A stretch of 55,960 nt of DNA, counting the filler, from Sphacelaria rigidula (lineage: Eukaryota), in NCBI GenBank assembly GCA_964200075.2. It is 5 parts of 5 records of this genome, joined end to end, with 100 filler letters (N's around TTAATTAATTAA, not from the genome) between each part and the next. Parts side by side here need not be neighbours in the genome. Positions count along the whole stretch, not along the records: positions 44,850 to 55,960 come from CAXNAA020005374.1; 4 more parts are not named here. One strand, 5' to 3'. The notes beneath the pieces were generated by a model that worked only from the letters and a program-made list of their open reading frames with translations, made no database searches and had not been told where the DNA came from. Each line of letters opens with the position of its first letter. The first letter of the stretch is position 1. The position numbers were made by a program, and so were the translations under genes. Below are positions 49,901-55,960 of this stretch, piece by piece.

Positions 49901-52900
49901 CACCTACGGGTAGCCTTTGACAATTACTACACGCCATACAACTTGTGATTTCGAAAAGTGAAATGTTGAGGTCCTGGATGAAAAACCGATCTCGGGGAAT
50001 TTCGGCGCGAGCCGATCGGATCACCGAAATTCCCCAAATTTTTCATCCAGAACTCCAACATTTTGGTTATCGAAATCGAAATTTGGAGGGCGTGTAGCAG
50101 TTTTCATTAGCTACCATTAGTCAAGAAATGGAACAATATTTCGAAGATGTGGTGTGGACACGAAGATTTTAACCTGGGTTCTCATCCTCAATGAAAAGCT
50201 CCATCCTCAATTTCGATGATCGGCTATTAAAATCCATTCACCCGGGCCACCACTCTCGACTTCAAACTACATTTTCATGAGATCTTCTCACAGCAATGAA
50301 TGGAGCAATCCGGGCCAGTAACAATGTCTGGTCGAAACATTTGGATTAACGTCACCTGAGCAGCCTCTGGAGGCGCTTAATTCTTCTGGGGGCTCGAAAA
50401 GTTGACCGGAACAGGATTTTTGGGGGTAGCCGAATGGCCGCGCGTGCAACAGCTTCCATCCCAATTACTGTAGCATGAGGACAAGACAAGGTGGGCGTTC
50501 GAAGTTTTGATGCTTATTTTGAATTGAAAAATGACCCTTTTCATCAGCCATTGAGTTTGAAGACGCCAACCCTCGTTCGACAAACATTTCTCCCGTTCTC
50601 ACGCTTTTAGACGGTAGATATTAGATGCCTTGAAGAAAAAGTAACAAATGGGTAATCGAACCCACGTAACCCCCCCCCTGTTGGTGCTTCGTCTTGAAAT
50701 GGATGCGAGGTTAATGGTCAAACAATCAAGGCAGGCACCAAATGAGTACGTCCCCCCCCTCGCAATGGTAACAGGCGAGGTCAATGGTCTTCTGACTATG
50801 GCATGCATGATCATGAGTACACCCCCCCTCGCAATGGTAACAGTCGGACCGTTGGACCATTGAGGCGAGGTCGGGGCCATTTAATCCATCTTGTAAAACT
50901 GCCATAAAACGCGCAAAAGGGACTTACCTGTGTTCCTTGTACTGCAGGCCTGTGTCAGATGCTAGAATGTGCTACCATGCCGTCGCGGAGGTCTGTTCCA
51001 ACACGTGGAAGGTGATTTCGGGAAGCCTGCTCCGTCAAACCAGTCATATATCTCAATGTGAAGGGCAGTCGGACTATGAGTCGTGCGTCAAACTTCTTGA
51101 CGCTGCTGCCACAAACCTTGCATACAGTATAGAACATTGGAATATCGTGCGCTTCTACCCGAAAGTAGAGCTCACCCCAAGCTTGAAACCCTTGATGAAC
51201 ATGTGGTAGATATGTTCCTTTGTCGAAGTTGCATGAGAATGGTCACTCGGACAATGACTGCAAAATTCAGTGCCCATTTGCTAATGCTCCCAGGGTGAGC
51301 CTTCTTGCCGCCTCGACCCCTAGTTGGACGGCAGACGGACGAGCTTTGGGCGGGAGAAGGGAGATCGGCGCCACGCGTGCACCGCACGCCGTGGTTATCC
51401 GTCGGTCACGACAAGTAAAATATTGCTGTCAGAGTGGTAAAAAATAATGCCAGTGATCACGCTAGCAGTGCGTGATGTCATGCACAACATATGTATGTTG
51501 TCTGCACACGGCAGTAGTATGTAGGGTGCAAAACAAGTTGCACCCGCCTTTTTTAGCCATGGGCAGAAGGCTGTTGCACGCCTATTGACTAAGGCGTTCA
51601 GTACGGCATTACTCAGGCTGACCACCCGGGCGTATTCACACTCGCATAACCCATCCTCCAGAAAACCCCCGGGGCCGCCAGACGGAACCCCCGGGTCAGA
51701 AACCGTGGGTACTAAAAAGTGTTACCGACAAATATAACTGGCAGGGAAGGTGTCGACACAGTCTTCGAGGAAGGTATGTGAAGGGCTGTCGTTGCCGGTT
51801 TCGTGTATATATTAACAACAGACCGAGTCGATTCCCGCCGCTGTTGGTCCTCTCCAATACAAGGTAAGCGAGGGGGGGCGACGTGTGCTTGCTCACTTTA
51901 AAAATGAATTGTGCAGGAATATCTCCTTTTGCGACCTCAGTTACTAACAGTTGTTATTCCTCACCTACCCCCAATTTCGATACAGGCGAAACACTTGCCC
52001 GGGTCAACTCCGGGCAATGAGGCAAGATCTACCCGAACCTACCGGTCGTAATTATGACATGCCCGTTCCCAGCCGTATTGATCCTAATAAAGCCTCCCCT
52101 CGGAACTATGGCATACCCAACTCGAACCTTGCTGTTAGTCAGAATATTGCCTGGCATTAGAATACACCGACAATCCACGACTGGACCCCGATGCGTTTGT
52201 TCGACCTACCGACTTTCAATTCCGTCACACGCAATATTGTGTTTTCCCACGATCTATCGTCTGCATACATGGATGGACAAGGCCAGTGTACAGTATTATG
52301 GTTTTCGAGAACGAGCATCATCGATATTTGAAACCATCGTGGGGAGGTGGGTGTTCCTATATTGTGGGGCTGTACTGTATTTTTCGTAGCAAAACAGCAC
52401 GGTGCCCAGCCAACCAAAATGGCATTCCCTGATCAATTTAATCTCCACATAATTCTCCTCTCCCCCATCTCCCACTGTGCGTATGCGCTTACTTCGTTAA
52501 AAATACCCGCAATGACGACGACAACGACGACAACTGCAACGCTTTCAACCACCACCATCACCACCAACAACAACATCAAATACCAACATCGACAAGGTCA
52601 ACATCGCGCTTGTGCTGGATGCTTCTCCGAGTATCGTAGAGAGTGACTGGGAGCTAGAAAAAGACTTCGCCAAAAACGTGGTGGAGGCTTTTGCGAACAG
52701 AAACCTCTTTGCCAACGGTGGCACGGCATCCTACGTGCAGTTCAGCGGCAGCGCCAACAGCGAGTTCACCACAACGTCGGAAACTGAGTTTAACGACATC
52801 GTGGATGTGGATACTCAGAAATGGGGACTGTTCGGTGGGACCAACATCGAGGTGTGTACATACGGCAAAACGCACTCGTATGCTGCGAAGCTTATCAGGG

Positions 52901-54686
52901 CGGCCTGTAGCAACGTTCTTATACACTATCGTGACCCCCCCCCCACCCCCCCCCCTCCTTCCCCTCTACAGGTGGGGCCCCGCGGCCCAATCTCCTATTC
53001 CCATGCGCACTTTGGTCGTCGTTTCAATAAAACGGGCCTCGTGAAAGTAGCGAAATGAGCCTCATCAGTTTTCCCGAATACTACAATGTACGACTGTGTT
53101 CGCCATATCTGCTCGAGCGTACACATTCATACTCGTGAGCTCATGCGCTTCACCTCAATTCATGTGCGTATTTTAATAACTGAATGAGTCTTAGAAATAT
53201 GCTCCGGCGTGCTGGTTCATCCCGCAGGGTATTGCCTCGGTGCAAAATTGCGTAGAGCCCTATGTGGTGAAACGCACCAGAAATACCCCTTGTGCGCCGT
53301 AATACTTGAGGCACATCAATTGGAGGTATGTGCTGCACCCGTGGCGCGGAACAAGACGGGAGAAGCATCAATTCTCACATCGTATGGCCCATGCGCAAGA
53401 GAGGGCTTCTCCACCAATCTACGCCGTAACGTAGTTATACCGACTTTCCTCCCGTAGACCTGATGCGACCTTTCCCATTATTGGATAGACCGCCCTCCCA
53501 ACCGTTTCAAGGCAGGTGCGCACGGCCATGTGTATCTTATGTAGCCTCGGCGCGGGCGGATATCCGCACTCCCAAGATGAAGTAAACGTGGCACCCGCGG
53601 AAGTGGTACTTTTCTCAGCTTCCTTGTCGGCTTCTTTGCCCCTCTTGAGCGCAACAAGGATAAACACGACGTGGTATCTCGGAACAATGTCTGTCCCCGA
53701 GTTTTATTTCACTGTCAGCGCCAATCGTGACACGCAGCTTGTTGGGTATTGCGGAGTGGCGGGAATTATCGCCATTTTGTGTTCCCCTCGTCTTTCGGGT
53801 ATTGCACGAACGGGTGTGTTTGAAATAATCGTCGTTTGACTCGTGTCGACGCATGTCGTGATCGATCGGCATCTCTCGGAGAGCACACATTTTATCCGAT
53901 CGTGCGTTCTTCGCGGCAAGCCTCAGGACTACTGTTGTAGGAAATGACTCTATTTTTTCCCTCATAAGGGGATACTTTTTGCCACTAAGCTCAGTTTCTC
54001 CGGGCAGTTTTTCATTCCAGCTCCCTCATTCACGTGCGACATATTCCAGGCCGGGATTGCAGCCGGCAGGGCATTATTGGCCGGAAATCTCGCCTCGGCC
54101 AACTTCATGGTTGTCATTACGGACGGAGAGGCCACCTTCGGAGGAGATCCCACCATCGAGGCTGACGCAGCGAGAGCGGAAGGCACTACAATTTTTGCAG
54201 TGGGCGTAGGTGAGGCACGCTGTCTTGAGTATTCATGCAGCGGTCGTCCTTCAGGAGCGCATGAAGCAACTGTCAAGAGTCTTCGACTGCCAAGTGGATG
54301 TATTTGTCGACTCATGGCCGAACCGCATCCCGTGCTTCGATTTCAAGAGTTTGGGTTTGATTGAAGCGACTGAAGTGCAGCGATAGTGGAATCTCGAGAG
54401 TATGAAGAACACCAGGGTACATTCACGTTTATTCTCTACAAATGGAGAACTCACTTGGAAATGGGGAGTACTTTGCGACTATTTTCCGAACGAAATATAC
54501 ATATATTTCCCACCTATCTCCCGTGTCTCCGTTTTTCGCTACCGTCCTAATGCATCGCTTTCCACACCACGTATCTCCGGTGTTTTCAAACCTCCGCAGG
54601 CAGTTCGATCAGTGAAGAAACGCTTCTGACGATCGGAGGCGAGGACGACAACGTGTTCGACATCGCCAGCTTCGACGAACTCGATC
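46928..54686 (+). CDS. Secreted von Willebrand factor type A domain protein, 3'-incomplete
   Basis: Phase-consistent exons 46928-47143 (signal peptide plus Cys-rich leader), 52597-52851 (VNIALVLDASPS = MIDAS DxSxS; GGTNIE), 54050-54209 (MVVITDG; IFAVGVG) and 54600-54686 (ETLLTIGG..NVFDIASFDEL). A donor at 54687 leads out of the window. Confidence 0.88.
47865..48344 (-). CDS. Hypothetical 159-aa ORF, antisense within vWA intron 1
   Basis: ATG-initiated, uninterrupted, high-complexity and aromatic-rich sequence; no recognised domain. Confidence 0.25.
   Translation of the reverse strand: MVAQVRYQEYAVWREGLDHTFRLVQRVQTLDCSAMSCRFLFTSTGWNCPPGSPNVTVDAEWNPLFHGHDKYRYFSNLLHSTTRIDFPGHREIIWVRPQPVIMGEPVLRVHIEIQHRSVWWHMMHGTRAPNAELQINSYNTRARFTGSSLDLILLSTGSS
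49795..50225. mobile_element. Fold-back element family F, apparently full-length copy (vWA intron 1)
   Basis: About 430-bp imperfect palindrome: AGCCGA.CATCGAAATTGAGGATGGAGCTTTTCAT... mirrored by ...ATGAAAAGCTCCATCCTCAATTTCGATG.TCGGCT. Confidence 0.85.
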
Positions 54687-55960
54687 GTGAGTACTAAACT
54701 AATCGGCATATCTTGCGGCCAAAACCTTTGACCCCGAGACGAACTCTGCCGACATATCACCAGGAAGCACCTTGGTCGGACGCCGAACGCTATTTCTGTA
54801 CCCACGCTGGAGCCGACTAGAATCAACTCTTACAGGTTTGAACAACACCTCCTGGTGGCAACTACCTCTTGGGTCCTTCTCCGCAGGTTTACGCCCGAGA
54901 GGAGGGCTAAGCCCATGCTGAAACCTTGGAATAACATGCTCTACTCACTGAGACCGTTTCAGGGCAACCTTGCGTTTCCCGCCGGCCGCAGCTTCATTTG
55001 TGGCCAAACTTTCATGTTCGATATATGCAAGTTTGGCCAAAAATAAAACTGCTCTGGAACGATCTCAGAAACGAGAGCAAGCCACTCCAAGGCGCCAACA
55101 CCCGTATCTCTTTTCGGGCGTCAAACGACGGAGAAGGGCTCGAAAGGTACTTTTCAACAGGATGTTTTTTTCAAACACATGAGAATTGGACGAAAGGGCC
55201 TTTTACGTGAATATCCCCCTTCATCATTTCCCTTGTATCAACACCCTCCACCCCGTTTCTGACAAAACACTGATGTTCAGGCATCCCCAGGGCTGTCAAT
55301 TTGGGGCGGGAGTGGGTACGGAGGTGCAGGTAGATTTCACATCAGAGTCGGCGTAAAAATGCACCGTCACTTCCCCTTTGCGCTTATTCTTGATGATTCA
55401 AATCTTGATATTTTTGGTGGGTTGATTTTCTTTCATTTCTTCATCCCCTGGAGTGGGTGCGAGACAAGGGGGGATCCCCCCACACTGGCCAACGTGTAGC
55501 TGAATAGTCCTACACCGTGAGTTATAACCTACGTATTTTCCGCCTGTTTTTTTTTGCTCTGCCCTCTCTCTCGAAAAACGTCTTGTATCGACCACAGAAA
55601 CAAAAAATACGAAACCGATTACCCACGCCCAGACGCCGAAGCGTATCGGAGCACCGTTGACATGAAGCCACACGCTGACGTCGTGGTGGAGACAGAACAC
55701 AGCGCAAGCGGGCACTGAATTGGACTTTCATTTACCCTCAATAGGCTCCTGTCGGTCGCTACCAAAAATTAATCGACAACAGTAACTAGTAAAAAATCCT
55801 CGAATGTATTAACCCCTTTGGGACCGGACCCCCACTAACGCAGGGTTGACCCTATGTCAGTGGAATAATAAGAAATAAGTCTTCGAGCGACCTACCCAAT
55901 CACAGGGAGGCGGAATTCTAGACCAGACCCGAACGACCAGCGCGGGGATTGTTGTCGGAT

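Noticed and set aside
1157..54686. A functional cluster of OSCP1, PP4R3, RPP40 and the vWA gene
   Set aside because: They lie on separate contigs concatenated by length, so adjacency is artefactual.

Overview
Eukaryotic, intron-rich nuclear DNA, most likely from a brown alga or other stramenopile (inferred from gene architecture and repeat content). The window is not one locus. It is five contigs of 11114, 11112, 11112, 11111 and 11111 bp joined by 100-bp spacers (44 N + TTAATTAATTAA + 44 N), which looks like length-sorted unplaced contigs, so nothing should be inferred across spacers. Contig 1 holds a complete 10-exon OSCP1 gene and a mitochondrial nad4L fragment (NUMT). Contig 2 holds four internal exons of PP4R3/SMEK. 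Contig 3 is mostly repeats, with a possible orphan spliced gene. Contig 4 holds a degenerate Ty3/Gypsy element whose RT core is deleted in frame, and an RPP40 gene with a probable GC-AG intron. Contig 5 holds the first four exons of a secreted vWA-domain protein. Several MITE-like families recur between contigs. I found no convincing new multi-gene system. The most unusual items are a TA-flanked TIR element carrying a tRNA-like/Pol III cassette, the RT-less Gypsy element, a long fold-back family and an orphan ORF nested antisense in the vWA intron. Family assignments come from recalled motifs, not database searches.
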